A stretch of DNA of 51,203 nucleotides from Clostridia bacterium (GTDB taxonomy: Bacteria > Bacillota > Clostridia > Oscillospirales > CAG-272), in assembly GCA_017507985.1 (NCBI GenBank), contig JAFVZV010000084.1, positions 1-51,203 on the forward strand. The letters are read 5' to 3'. A program made the translations under genes and the position numbers. Positions 36,021-46,013 of this stretch are shown piece by piece. Position 1 is the first letter of the stretch. The number at the start of each line of letters is the position of its first letter. Below the pieces are notes generated by a model, which was not told where the DNA came from, ran no database searches, and saw only the letters and a program-made list of their open reading frames with translations.

Positions 36021-37706
36021 TCAGCGCGCATCCGTCAGATAGACGCGGTCCAAGTGTACGACGTACGTCTTGTTTCCGTGTGCACCGACAACAAAGCGGA
36101 ACGCATACAACGTAATATCTTCGCCTTCCCCATATTTTTCAGCATCCAGATTCTTTTCAAATGCCGAGAGCGGGATGGCAATCTCGCACCATTCACCGTT
36201 TTTCGTTGACAGACCGTATTCTTGCAGCTCGGCCTTGGTAAAGGTCTTTTCGTATTCGTGAGAGTCTTGAATCTGATTCAGCTCAACAAAGATATACTCC
36301 ATGTTTGCCAGATTCTCCACGTTCACCCAAAAGACCAGCGTATCATTTTGATAACTCAGCGGCATATTCAAATCGCTGACGATGATACGGAAGTCGGTAA
36401 CCGACGAGTCACCCTCGACACGCAACGAAGAATTGCCGAATTTCTTGTTTTCCAGGTCGTAAGAAGCGCCGTACCATTCCTGAATCATCGCGCCGTCAAA
36501 GGCATCGTACTCGGCATCCGTGATAAGTCTGCCGCCCTCAGGAGCAGCCTCGGGTACGTGGTCACTTTCGTAATGCACCACACGCAGATCATCGAACTCG
36601 ATCATAGTACCCTGCTCTGCCGCTACAAGCACGCCAAAGCTGGTAATATTACTATAATCAAAGTCTGTGTCCATGCCGTTATGGATGTTGAAAGACAGCT
36701 CAACCTCGTGCCAACCGTCTCCCGTCAGTGTGTGGTTCCATGCGTGGATGCGGCCCTTAGAGTCAAAGACGCGGAAGAAGAAGGTTGCTTGTCCCTCCTG
36801 ACGCTTACCGTACACGTCATCGTGATCACAGGTCACCTTGTCTACGTCGTCGACAAACAGCCAGAACTTCAAGGTCGTTTTCTGCTTGTCAACTGCCGAG
36901 AAGGAGAAGGCATCGCCGCTTCTCCACATCAATCGAGTCAGCTCTTTGTCATCGCGGCTGATGGTAAAGCGCCACGCAGCGTCGCCTTCCATCTGATAAT
37001 CTTCGTCCAAGCCAACCGCCTCATACGTCGTAATACCCTCGGTACCAAGCTCGTCAAAGCTGAACAGCGGGGTTTCCGTATAAGTATCAACGTAATCACT
37101 ATACTGCTTTTTCAAGGGAGAGCCAACAACCTCCTTAAGCAAAAGCAGCTCGCGAACGGAAATAACGAATTCCAACGAGTCGGAGACGCCCCACTTGCCT
37201 TGACTTTCGCTCAAGTAATATTTGATCAGGTATTCGACGCCATGCACCGTTGCTTCATCATTCGTACCGATAACGATCAGCTTTTTGCCTTTAACGCGGA
37301 TCATAAATCCGTCGCCCACCAGCTCGCCGAGAATTTGCATATCCTTCAGATCCTGCAAAGCCTTGCTTGATTCCTCGCGGTTGGTATTGCCGATCAGAAT
37401 CTCTTTTTCGCCTTTTTCAGCCCAGTCGGTATCCATCTTGAGCTTTACGCCCGTCTTGGTGTGAATCGCCTCATACAGGGTTGAAAATGCAGTTCTTACG
37501 TCAGGCTTGGCCGTATCGCCGCGAATCAGCATATACTCCGATACGCCATCTTTAATAATGGAGAGGCTATCCTTGTCCTGCTCGTCGGGTGTTGTTCCCG
37601 GGCCGTCCGTGGGACCTTCTCCGGCCGGCGGTTGATTGTTGCAGGAAACAGAGGCCAACAGCATTAGCAGTGCCAACAGCATACACAAAATTTTTGTCAG
37701 TTTCAC
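36021..37706 (-). CDS. Lipoprotein: N-terminal alpha/beta module plus two CBM-like beta-sandwich domains
   Basis: GTG start after AAGGAG; SVSC lipobox; EILIGNTNREES module; duplicated TL.FW..V...GW.E.....F...D..R pattern. Confidence 0.65.
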   Translation of the reverse strand: MKLTKILCMLLALLMLLASVSCNNQPPAGEGPTDGPGTTPDEQDKDSLSIIKDGVSEYMLIRGDTAKPDVRTAFSTLYEAIHTKTGVKLKMDTDWAEKGEKEILIGNTNREESSKALQDLKDMQILGELVGDGFMIRVKGKKLIVIGTNDEATVHGVEYLIKYYLSESQGKWGVSDSLEFVISVRELLLLKEVVGSPLKKQYSDYVDTYTETPLFSFDELGTEGITTYEAVGLDEDYQMEGDAAWRFTISRDDKELTRLMWRSGDAFSFSAVDKQKTTLKFWLFVDDVDKVTCDHDDVYGKRQEGQATFFFRVFDSKGRIHAWNHTLTGDGWHEVELSFNIHNGMDTDFDYSNITSFGVLVAAEQGTMIEFDDLRVVHYESDHVPEAAPEGGRLITDAEYDAFDGAMIQEWYGASYDLENKKFGNSSLRVEGDSSVTDFRIIVSDLNMPLSYQNDTLVFWVNVENLANMEYIFVELNQIQDSHEYEKTFTKAELQEYGLSTKNGEWCEIAIPLSAFEKNLDAEKYGEGEDITLYAFRFVVGAHGNKTYVVHLDRVYLTDAR

Positions 37707-37766
37707 GGGTATTCTCCTTTCGACCTTCCCCAAGGGTAAGGCTTTTGCAGACTCATCAATATATTT

Positions 37767-37795
37767 ATTATACCTGCATTTTCCTCGTTTGTCAA
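37767..37795 (-). promoter_or_regulatory. Sigma-A promoter
   Basis: TTGACA-17-TATAAT. Confidence 0.75.
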
Positions 37796-37902
37796 CAAAG
37801 AAATCAGCTGCCGAACGAATCTTATATTTTTTAACATCCTATATACATTTTCGCAAAAATATGGTATACTGTACGTAACCAAAAAAACAAGGAAGTATTG
37901 CT

Positions 37903-38307
37903 ATGAAAATTCATCTTCGCGCTGCGGCGCTTGTGTTGAGTATCCTATTATTGAGTTGTGCGCTGTGCAGTTGTGCATCCAGATATGACGAGGCACTGAG
38001 CGGCACATGGGTTATCACCTCATTTGTCACACAAGACGGCACCAACGCCACCATTGAGAATGAGCTGTGTATCGTTTTCGACGGCAACGGTCACGGCGAG
38101 ATGCGCACAGCATCGGAAGCCTATTATACCTTTACCTACACCGCAAGACGCGGGAGTATGCTACGAGTGATCGACTATGGACGCGGCGAGCCTGAGGTCG
38201 TAGAGGAAACTTATACGATACAGCCCGACGGCACGCTTACCATCGTCACGCCCGAGACGCAAAACGCCCCTGCGGCGACGATAATGTTTAAGAGAAAAGG
38301 GACATGA
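37903..38307 (+). CDS. Small beta-rich lipoprotein (lipocalin-like)
   Basis: LCSC lipobox, LSGTW motif, alternating beta strands. Confidence 0.65.
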   Translation: MKIHLRAAALVLSILLLSCALCSCASRYDEALSGTWVITSFVTQDGTNATIENELCIVFDGNGHGEMRTASEAYYTFTYTARRGSMLRVIDYGRGEPEVVEETYTIQPDGTLTIVTPETQNAPAATIMFKRKGT

Positions 38308-38367
38308 AACCCTGCTTTTTGCATCGATTTCTGCAAATGCTTACAGCGGAAGCCGCTTGTAAAAATA

Positions 38368-38405
38368 ATCGAGAGCCACAATCAAGTCTGTGACTCTCGA
38401 TTTTT
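38368..38405. terminator. Bidirectional terminator-like hairpin
   Basis: AATCGAGAGCCACA...TGTGACTCTCGATTTTT between convergent genes. Confidence 0.65.
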
Positions 38406-38415
38406 CTATTTCCAG

Positions 38416-39246
38416 TTACAATCGTTCAATCAGATCCGCAATCACGCCTTGGTCGTTGGAGCACAGCACCATATCGCTGATGCACTTGACCGCTGTGTGC
38501 GCGTTGGCAGGACAAACGGCCACGTCTGCCGCCGAAAGCAAGGCCAGATCATTCTCATAATCGCCTACACCATAGGTTGTAACGGCATGACCCGTCAAAA
38601 TCTCATAGCTCTGCTTCAGCGCACGCAGCATACTTCCCTTGGAGCATCCCTTCTTCTGCATTTCAAACAGTGTCGCCGAGGATTTGTTGTACTCAAAGGC
38701 ATTCTCGCCAAACATGGTCACAAGTTCGGCGTACAAAGCATCCAGCTCCTCGCACGCCCCCTGGAATACGATCTTATGCCACAGCCGTTGCATCCATTGC
38801 TCGACAGGCGCGACCTCAACGAGATAGGAGCGGTTCTTTTTACTGTAATCGATGAACTTTCTTATATATTCCGTCCGCCCGTCGGTCAGATATCCCTGCG
38901 GCGTGGAGACACGAAATCCTACGCGAGGGTAGTTGGCACGCGCGAACTGCAGCACCGGACGGGACAGTTCAACGTCCATAAATACCTCGGCCAGCACACG
39001 AGCCTCACCAAAATCATAGAGATACGAGCCGTTGGCCACAATCACGGGCATATTGACCAAATTCTCCACGCCGGGCACAGCCTCGGGCAGATGGTCGTGA
39101 TGTCGCCCTGTCGCAAAGGTAAACAGTCCGCCCTCGGCGCAAAAGGCGCGAATAGCGTCCACGTTGCGCTGTACAACGCGTCCCTTGGCATCAAGAAACG
39201 TGCCGTCAAGGTCGGTTGCGATCATCATTCCCTCGTAGCGTTTCAT
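38416..39246 (-). CDS. Cof-type HAD hydrolase (subfamily IIB)
   Basis: ATDLDGTFL, ATGR, ANGS, SKG, VGDYENDL. Confidence 0.9.
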   Translation of the reverse strand: MKRYEGMMIATDLDGTFLDAKGRVVQRNVDAIRAFCAEGGLFTFATGRHHDHLPEAVPGVENLVNMPVIVANGSYLYDFGEARVLAEVFMDVELSRPVLQFARANYPRVGFRVSTPQGYLTDGRTEYIRKFIDYSKKNRSYLVEVAPVEQWMQRLWHKIVFQGACEELDALYAELVTMFGENAFEYNKSSATLFEMQKKGCSKGSMLRALKQSYEILTGHAVTTYGVGDYENDLALLSAADVAVCPANAHTAVKCISDMVLCSNDQGVIADLIERL

Positions 39247-39270
39247 GCTCCTATCTCCTTTCATCAAAAT

Positions 39271-40208
39271 TTATTGTGCCTGTCGGCGCAGAATATCAAG
39301 CAGTTTGGCCATCTCCTCGGGCATGGGTGCTTCAAAGCACATCTCCTCACCCGTCCTCGGATGGATCAGTCGTAGTTTTCCGGCGTGCAGACATTGCCCC
39401 GTAATTAGCGCCTTATGGTCGGCCTCAAAGCGAGTATTGCCTCCGCCATATACACCATCACCCAACAATGGATGCCCAAGACTTGCCATGTGCACACGAA
39501 TTTGGTGGGTGCGTCCCGTTTCCAGCTCGCAGCGAATATGCGTCATTTTGCCAAATCGTTCCAACACGGTATAATGCGTCACCGCCTCGCGGGCATGAAC
39601 GCCCTCTCCGCGCAGCACCGCCATTTTTTTGCGATCGATCGGATGGCGTCCGATGGGAGCGTCAACCGTTCCGCTGTCGGTTTTTAAATTACCCAACACG
39701 ATGGCATCGTATACGCGGCTGACCGTATGCGTTTTGAGCTGCTCGGACAGCGATACGTGTGTCGCATCGTTTTGGCAACGACGAGCAGACCGCTCGTATC
39801 CTTGTCAATGCGATGAACAATGCCGGGGCGGATGACACCGCCAATACCCGAGAGCGAGTCACCGCAATGAAATAACAAAGCATTGACCAGTGTACCATTC
39901 GGGTTGCCCGCCGCAGGATGGACCACCATGCCAACGGGCTTGTTGACCACAATGATGTCGTCATCCTCGTAAACAATGTCCAGCGGAATATCTTCGGGAA
40001 GCGCCTCGGTCGGCTCGGGCTCGGGCAGTTCGACGATCAACTGATCGCCCACGCACAGCTTCACATTTTTAGTCACAGGCTTGCCGCTTCGCAGAATATG
40101 CCCTTCTTCCATCAAGCGCGCCACGGCCGACCGGGACAGTCCCGTCACCTGTGCCGCAAACACGTCGGCGCGCACACCTGCGTGCGCATCATCCACCGGG
40201 TAGATCAT
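39271..40208 (-). pseudogene. rluD: RluA/RluD-family pseudouridine synthase with S4 domain, split by a 1-bp frameshift (possibly a sequencing error)
   Basis: VNKP, RPGIVHRIDKDTSGL in one frame and ETGRTHQIRVH, GDGVYG, LHAG in another; adding one A to the A4 run at 39770-39773 restores VVAKNDATHVSLSEQLK. Confidence 0.85.
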
Positions 40209-40762
40209 GCCTTATCACCATCGCTCTCGGACAGAGAATTTTCGTCTGCCTTATTGCTTCCCTGCTTGTACTCACGATACAATTCCAAACCGCAATACAG
40301 TACCATGATACCCGCGCCGACACACACACAGCTATCGGCAACGTTGAATATATATGGCCAAATACCGTAAAAGTCGATCATATCAATGACGTAGCCGAGT
40401 GAGATGCGGTCGATCATGTTGCCGATACCACCGCCGACGATCAGCGCCAGCGAAGCGCGCAGCCAGCGATTCTGTTCGGAAAGAAACAGCAGATAGAACG
40501 TGACACCAATGATCGCGACCGTTGAAAAGATCATAAAGATCCAGCGATGATCGGACAGACTGCCAAACGCCGCCCCCTCGTTTTGCAGATAGGTCAGCTT
40601 GAGCAGCCCCGGAATGAGGGTTACGCTGCTGACAGGCTTGAGATAGGTCACACACAGCCATTTGGAAATCTGATCAATCGTCACACTCGCAAGCGAGAGA
40701 ATCAGCCACAGCCAAGGACGTCCGCGCATACAAAGGCGCTTGTTACCGTTCGTCCCCGTCAT
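40205..40762 (-). CDS. lspA: Lipoprotein signal peptidase II
   Basis: DQISK, NEGAAFG, GGGIGNMIDR, FNVAD; ileS-lspA-rluD order. Confidence 0.95.
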   Translation of the reverse strand: MTGTNGNKRLCMRGRPWLWLILSLASVTIDQISKWLCVTYLKPVSSVTLIPGLLKLTYLQNEGAAFGSLSDHRWIFMIFSTVAIIGVTFYLLFLSEQNRWLRASLALIVGGGIGNMIDRISLGYVIDMIDFYGIWPYIFNVADSCVCVGAGIMVLYCGLELYREYKQGSNKADENSLSESDGDKA

Positions 40763-40765
40763 GCA

Positions 40766-43576
40766 TCAGCCCTCCAGAATGTTCAAGCAGCGAGCGCACA
40801 AAAATCCTTCGTCGTCCTGCTTGCCCTCGGTAGAGTAGGCCCAGCAACGGTCGCACTTGCAACCATCCGCGCCCTCAACCAGTACGGCAATGCCCGAGGC
40901 AGTTTCAGTCAGGGCGCCCTCGGGAGCTTGACCCTGCTCCAGCTTGACGCCGGATACGATAAACACAGTTTTAAGGTTGTCACCGAACGAAGACAGCAGC
41001 GCCATCTGCTCGTCGTTTTGCGTATAGATGGTCAGCTTGGCATCCAGCGATTTACCGATCTTTTTATCGGCACGCGCCAGCTCCAACGCTTTCATCACGT
41101 CGTCGCGCAGATCGAACAACGCGTTCCAATGCTCTGCCAGTGCAGGCATGGACAGCGCTTCGTCGTACGTGGGCAGATCGTTAAAGAATACGCTTTCACG
41201 CTTGTCAGCCGCCGTATGAGGCATTGCCTGCCAAATCTCCTCGGATGTGAACGCCAACAGCGGAGCCATCAGACGAGTCATAGCAGACAGCACCAGATAC
41301 ATCGCGCTCTGGGCACTGCGGCGCGCGAGCGAATCGGGGCGCTCGGTATACACACGATCCTTGGTAATATCCACGTACAGCTTGGACAAATCGGTTGTAC
41401 AGAAGTTGGTCAGATCGTGATAAATGCTGTGGAAGCAATAATTCTCATAGTTCTCTCTTGCACGGCGAACCAGCTCGTTGGCGCGGGAGAGCAGCCAGCG
41501 GTCGATCTCATACATATCGTCAACAGCCACCATATCCGTCTCGGGATCAAAGCCGTTAAGGTTGGCCAGAATGATACGCGAGGTGTTACGGATCTTACGG
41601 TAAGCCTCGGAAAGCTGCTTGAAGATGTTATCCGAGCAACGGACGTCCACTTGATAGTCGGCAGAAGCAACCCACAAACGAACAAGGTCTGCACCGTATT
41701 TAGCCACCATGTCCTGAGGATCTACACCGTTACCCAGCGACTTATGCATGGCTCTGCCCTCGCCGTCAACGACCCAACCGTGAGTCAAAACGGCCTTGAA
41801 GGGAGCCGTTGTGCCGCCCTTGGCACCGATAGCCGTCAGCAACGATGCCTGGAACCAACCGCGATACTGGTCAGCGCCCTCCAAGTAGAGGTCGGCCGGC
41901 CAGGTGTGCTCGGGCCAAGCAGGGTTGGCCTTGTCGTCCAAAACGGCAACGTGGGTCGAACCCGAGTCAAACCAACCGTCCAGCGTGTTCTGCTCCTTGA
42001 TAAAGTGCGTCTTGCCGCACTTGGGGCAGACGTAGCCCTCGGGGAGCAGATCCTTTGCGTCCATCGAGAACCAGCAGTTCGATCCGTGCTCAGCAAACAT
42101 AGCAGACACCTTCTCGATGGTTTCAGGGGTGCAGATGGTTTCCTTACAATCCTCGCAGTAGAAGACGGGAATGGGCAGGCCCCAATGACGCTGACGCGAA
42201 ATGCACCAGTCAGCACGCTCACCCAGCATCTGCTTCATGCGGTCGCCGCCCCACGCAGGCATCCAAGTCACGTCGTCGCAAGCCTTAACCGCATCGGCGC
42301 GGAAGGCATCGACCGAGCAGAACCACTGAGGAGTAGCACGGAAGATGATGGGAGACTTACATCTCCAGCAGTGAGGATATTCGTGCTCAAATTCCTTGGA
42401 AGCAAACAGCGCACCCGTTTCCTTCAAATCGGCAAGAATTGCCTCGTTGGATTTTTCATAGTAAAGGCCGGCAAACTTACCTGCATCCTCGGTCTGATAG
42501 CCGCGGTCGTCAACGGGCACGATGATGTCGATGCCGTAACGCTTGCAGGTCTGGTAGTCGTCCGCACCAAAGCCGGGCGCGGTATGAACGCAACCCGTAC
42601 CGCTGTCCATGGTAACGTAGTCAGCCATGAGGACAACGCTCTCGCGGTCAAGGAAAGGATGCTGGGTCTTGATGAATTCCAGCTTCTTACCCGGCATGGT
42701 CGCCACAATCTCATAGCCCTCGACGCCGCCCTCAGCCATGGTCTTCTCGACCAGTGCCTCGGCAATTACGTAATATTCATCGTTTGCCTTAACGACAGCA
42801 TAACTTTCCACGGGGTTCAGCGCGATAGCCAAGTTACCGGGCAACGTCCAAGTAGTCGTCGTCCAGATGATAAAGTATGTCTTGGAAAGGTCGCAAACGT
42901 CGGCCAGTACGCCGTTATCGTTGTTGACGCGGAACTTGACATAGATAGAGGTACACTTGTCCGTCTTATACTCGATCTCGGCCTCGGCCAGCGCCGTTTC
43001 GTCCTTAGGGCACCAGTAAACGGGCTTCAGGCCCTTGTAGATATAGCCCTTGCGGAACATCTCACCGAACACCTTGACCTCGCGCGCCTCAAAGGCGGGT
43101 GCCATGGTGGTATAGGGATGCTCCCAGTCAGCCGTCAGACCCAGACGCTTCATCTGCTCTCTTTGGATGTTGATGAAATCCTGAGCAAACGCCTCGCAGG
43201 CGCTACGGAATTCGGGAATGCTCATGGCCTTGCGGTTGAGCTTGTTCTTTTTGATAATAGCAGACTCAATGGGCATGCCGTGGTTATCCCAGCCGGGGAT
43301 ATAGGGCACGCGATAGCCCATCATGCTGCGGGATTTGTTGATGAAATCCTTGAGAATCTTATTCAGAGCATGACCCATGTGGATATTACCGTTGGAGAAG
43401 GGAGGGCCGTCGTGCAACACGAACAGCGGCTTGTCCTTGTTGTTCTCCAGCATTTGATTGTACAGATCGATGGAGTTCCAGTACTCCAGCATTTTGGGCT
43501 CGCGCATGGGAAGATTTGCCTTCATGTCAAACGACGTTGTCGGCATATTCAGTGTGCTCTTGTAATCTTTTGCCAT
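40766..43576 (-). CDS. ileS: Isoleucyl-tRNA synthetase (type 1)
   Basis: HDGPPFSNGNIHMGH (HIGH), WTTTTWT, WCISRQR, AMHKS (KMSKS), C-terminal CDRC...CARC zinc finger; AGGAG RBS before ATG 43576. Confidence 0.97.
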   Translation of the reverse strand: MAKDYKSTLNMPTTSFDMKANLPMREPKMLEYWNSIDLYNQMLENNKDKPLFVLHDGPPFSNGNIHMGHALNKILKDFINKSRSMMGYRVPYIPGWDNHGMPIESAIIKKNKLNRKAMSIPEFRSACEAFAQDFINIQREQMKRLGLTADWEHPYTTMAPAFEAREVKVFGEMFRKGYIYKGLKPVYWCPKDETALAEAEIEYKTDKCTSIYVKFRVNNDNGVLADVCDLSKTYFIIWTTTTWTLPGNLAIALNPVESYAVVKANDEYYVIAEALVEKTMAEGGVEGYEIVATMPGKKLEFIKTQHPFLDRESVVLMADYVTMDSGTGCVHTAPGFGADDYQTCKRYGIDIIVPVDDRGYQTEDAGKFAGLYYEKSNEAILADLKETGALFASKEFEHEYPHCWRCKSPIIFRATPQWFCSVDAFRADAVKACDDVTWMPAWGGDRMKQMLGERADWCISRQRHWGLPIPVFYCEDCKETICTPETIEKVSAMFAEHGSNCWFSMDAKDLLPEGYVCPKCGKTHFIKEQNTLDGWFDSGSTHVAVLDDKANPAWPEHTWPADLYLEGADQYRGWFQASLLTAIGAKGGTTAPFKAVLTHGWVVDGEGRAMHKSLGNGVDPQDMVAKYGADLVRLWVASADYQVDVRCSDNIFKQLSEAYRKIRNTSRIILANLNGFDPETDMVAVDDMYEIDRWLLSRANELVRRARENYENYCFHSIYHDLTNFCTTDLSKLYVDITKDRVYTERPDSLARRSAQSAMYLVLSAMTRLMAPLLAFTSEEIWQAMPHTAADKRESVFFNDLPTYDEALSMPALAEHWNALFDLRDDVMKALELARADKKIGKSLDAKLTIYTQNDEQMALLSSFGDNLKTVFIVSGVKLEQGQAPEGALTETASGIAVLVEGADGCKCDRCWAYSTEGKQDDEGFLCARCLNILEG

Positions 43577-43627
43577 TGCTTGTTTTCTCCTTTTTGTTTT
43601 AATTTTCAACGAATACATTTTCGCGGC

Positions 43628-43915
43628 GGGAAACAAAAAAACGCCCCACAGCCGCACGCGACCATGAGACGGAAGAACCTTCCGCGGTACCACTCATTTT
43701 GTGTCAATGACACCACTCAAGCGTCAACACATTCGTATTGCGCCGTACGCCTTAACGCGGCAACACGGGGCGGATTACACTCGTAGCGAGAGATTGCCGT
43801 CTCGCGCGATTTCACCGTTCCTGCTCCGAAGGGATACGCCATGCCGTCCGCTGCGCAGTTCCACCAAACCTGCGCTCTCTGTGAGTTTTCGACACTTTGC
43901 TTCTTCATCATAGCA
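43628..43915 (-). ncRNA. T-box riboswitch (Ile)
   Basis: GAGTGGTACCGCG T-box near 43683-43695, then hairpin and T run; AGAGAG and GGTGGAA distal stem-I motifs; candidate ATC specifier at 43833-43835. Confidence 0.88.
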
Positions 43916-43924
43916 TTTCAGGTT

Positions 43925-43953
43925 ATTTTATCATATTTTATATGGTTTGTCAA
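43925..43953 (-). promoter_or_regulatory. Sigma-A promoter of ileS leader
   Basis: TTGACA-17-TAAAAT with TG extension. Confidence 0.75.
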
Positions 43954-43973
43954 GGGATTTGGCGGGGAAAGCA

Positions 43974-44472
43974 AGGGAAAATCTAATTTTCCAACAACTT
44001 TTTCTTTTGACGCGCATACTGCTTCGCGCTGCGCTGTACTGGCTTTTTGATGTTACTTCTTGTCTCTCGACAAGAAGTAACCAAGAAACGAGCCAAGACG
44101 TTCCCTCTTGGAACTCCCTTGGCATTGCCGCTCTGCAAAGAGTTTCAAGAGATAGACATATCTATCGGTTATGCGGTGCTTCAAGGCAGCCAACACGAGC
44201 GGCAGGCAAAGATAGCAACAAGTTTTGCGGGTTTCTTAAGGGCATTAGGCCCTGATTGAAATTTTCTGTTCTATGGGAAGAATTTTGCTTTGCAAAATTC
44301 TTCGGGAGCGGGTAACAAAACATTCCCATAAGCACTGAATTGGATGCCCGCGTTATTTTCTTTCGTCCTTTCTTTGTTCAGTGACAAAGAAAGGACATCC
44401 TTGCCTGCACAGCGCAGCGCGAAGCAGTATGCGCGTCAAAAGAAGAAGTTGTTGAAATTTTATTCTTTCCCC
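43974..44472. mobile_element. MITE-like element, family A copy with near-perfect long inverted repeats
   Basis: 43992-44037 vs 44409-44454 match at 45/46 bp as inverted repeats; internal hairpins; inverse homolog at 10950-11448. Confidence 0.8.
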
Positions 44473-44474
44473 TC

Positions 44475-44948
44475 CTACTCCCCCGAGAGCACCACGCTCA
44501 CCACAACACCGTCCCGAAGACCAAAGGTCAAAACACTTCCCTCGCCGCGATAGATCAAACGGGTATCACTCTCCTCATCCGCCTGCCCCATCGCCGCAAT
44601 GACATCCTGTACAGAGCATCCAATGCGTACCCCCTGCGCGCTCTGCACACCGTCATCGATATACGACACCGATGAGACGACCGCCGCGCCGCTCATAGGT
44701 GCAAACACGTACAGCCGCAATGACGGATAGGTATACATCCGATCCATCCCCTGCCCCGCACAGCTTTCCGCTTCAGTCACGGTATAGTCATCGCCCAGTT
44801 GTGCGATTGCGTCATCTGCCGCCATGCCGACCGTCAACTCCAAACCGCGGTAAGATAGTGAAAGCGGGGCAGGCTCATTCGGCAACGGAGGAGCACAAGC
44901 ACAAAGCAAGACGAGGGAAAGCATCAACACGACGATTATTCGTTTCAT
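44475..44948 (-). CDS. Small lipoprotein with internal two-fold repeat
   Basis: LCAC lipobox; LTVGMAADDAIAQLG / VRIGCSVQDVIAAMG repeats; start overlaps the upstream stop. Confidence 0.75.
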   Translation of the reverse strand: MKRIIVVLMLSLVLLCACAPPLPNEPAPLSLSYRGLELTVGMAADDAIAQLGDDYTVTEAESCAGQGMDRMYTYPSLRLYVFAPMSGAAVVSSVSYIDDGVQSAQGVRIGCSVQDVIAAMGQADEESDTRLIYRGEGSVLTFGLRDGVVVSVVLSGE

Positions 44949-45988
44949 TTTGCCCCCTCCTTCTTTTGCGCCTCATAGCGGGCGATATCCTCCGTCCAAA
45001 CGACGCAATCATGATCGCGCAGACGTGTATCCGTCAGCTGATAATTTTCCACCAAAATTTTGCCGAAATAAGCCGTCAACTTTTCAGCACCGTACACATT
45101 CAGATGGAGCCCGGCATCGTAGGTATCGGTCGTATAATTCAGACCGATGGTCTCGATCTCATTCAAAAAATTGTAATATGGCAATCCGTACTGCTCCGCA
45201 AGAGCGACGACCTGTGCCTCATATTCTTCATGCCATGGATAGCGCCACGAGTCGGTCGGTGCTTTGATCAGCACCAACTCAGCATTGTTGTCACGGCACA
45301 GCGTGACAATGCGATCAAAATAATCCAACGCCATCTCACCAAAGGCGGTCGCGCGCGGCGGTAATGCCCCCTCGTGACTCGGAGCGTTTCCTGCGACCAC
45401 GCCATTCTGCACGAGATATCCTCGTACCGAGACGGGCTCCTGATGCGAAAACAGCGTCGTGACATCCTGCCATGACAGCTGAGACCAACGATCATGATAC
45501 CGCAACAGTGGAAAGGCATAAGACAGCTTGCTCTCGCCTTCAACGATAGCATCACTCAGCACTTGCCATTTGGTTGACGATGCAGGCAGATGATCCAGCA
45601 CCATACGGTTATACGCCTCACTCTGCGGCTCACTGTAGATCAAACCATACACACCCAGCACGATCACCTTGGGATCAGAACGCTCAAAAACCTCCTCCAG
45701 CACGGCATAGCTGTGCCACACAAGCTGTTGGGGCGTGCCGCATACGCGGGAAGAAATGCCATATTTCTGCCAAAGCACAACAGGTGAAAAGGCCTCGTAC
45801 ACCTCGCAATCGCCAACAAAGACGACCTCATCCTGTGCTGTGTCGGCCTCAAAATAGTCTTGCAGTAAAAACGCTTCCGGGTTGGCCGCACGATCATGAG
45901 GAACAAGCAACGCCTGCGCCGCGCCAAACAAGAGCGCAGTGAGTATGACAAACGTCAAGACGGCCCATATCCATTTCGTTTTTTTCAT
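44945..45988 (-). CDS. Membrane-anchored SGNH/DltD-like acyltransferase (block I GDC)
   Basis: N-terminal hydrophobic helix; VVFVGDCE; YDAGLHLNVYGA; directly downstream of the MBOAT. Confidence 0.75.
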   Translation of the reverse strand: MKKTKWIWAVLTFVILTALLFGAAQALLVPHDRAANPEAFLLQDYFEADTAQDEVVFVGDCEVYEAFSPVVLWQKYGISSRVCGTPQQLVWHSYAVLEEVFERSDPKVIVLGVYGLIYSEPQSEAYNRMVLDHLPASSTKWQVLSDAIVEGESKLSYAFPLLRYHDRWSQLSWQDVTTLFSHQEPVSVRGYLVQNGVVAGNAPSHEGALPPRATAFGEMALDYFDRIVTLCRDNNAELVLIKAPTDSWRYPWHEEYEAQVVALAEQYGLPYYNFLNEIETIGLNYTTDTYDAGLHLNVYGAEKLTAYFGKILVENYQLTDTRLRDHDCVVWTEDIARYEAQKKEGAK

Positions 45989-46013
45989 TGCCTGTCCTCC
46001 TTTCATTCAAATA

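Noticed and set aside
39765-39780. Programmed -1 frameshift in rluD
   Set aside because: No X-XXY-YYZ slippery heptamer in frame, and I know of no precedent in this family.
40547-43786. 1079-aa plus-strand ORF
   Set aside because: Antisense shadow of ileS with no recognisable motifs; expected from codon bias in a GC-rich gene.
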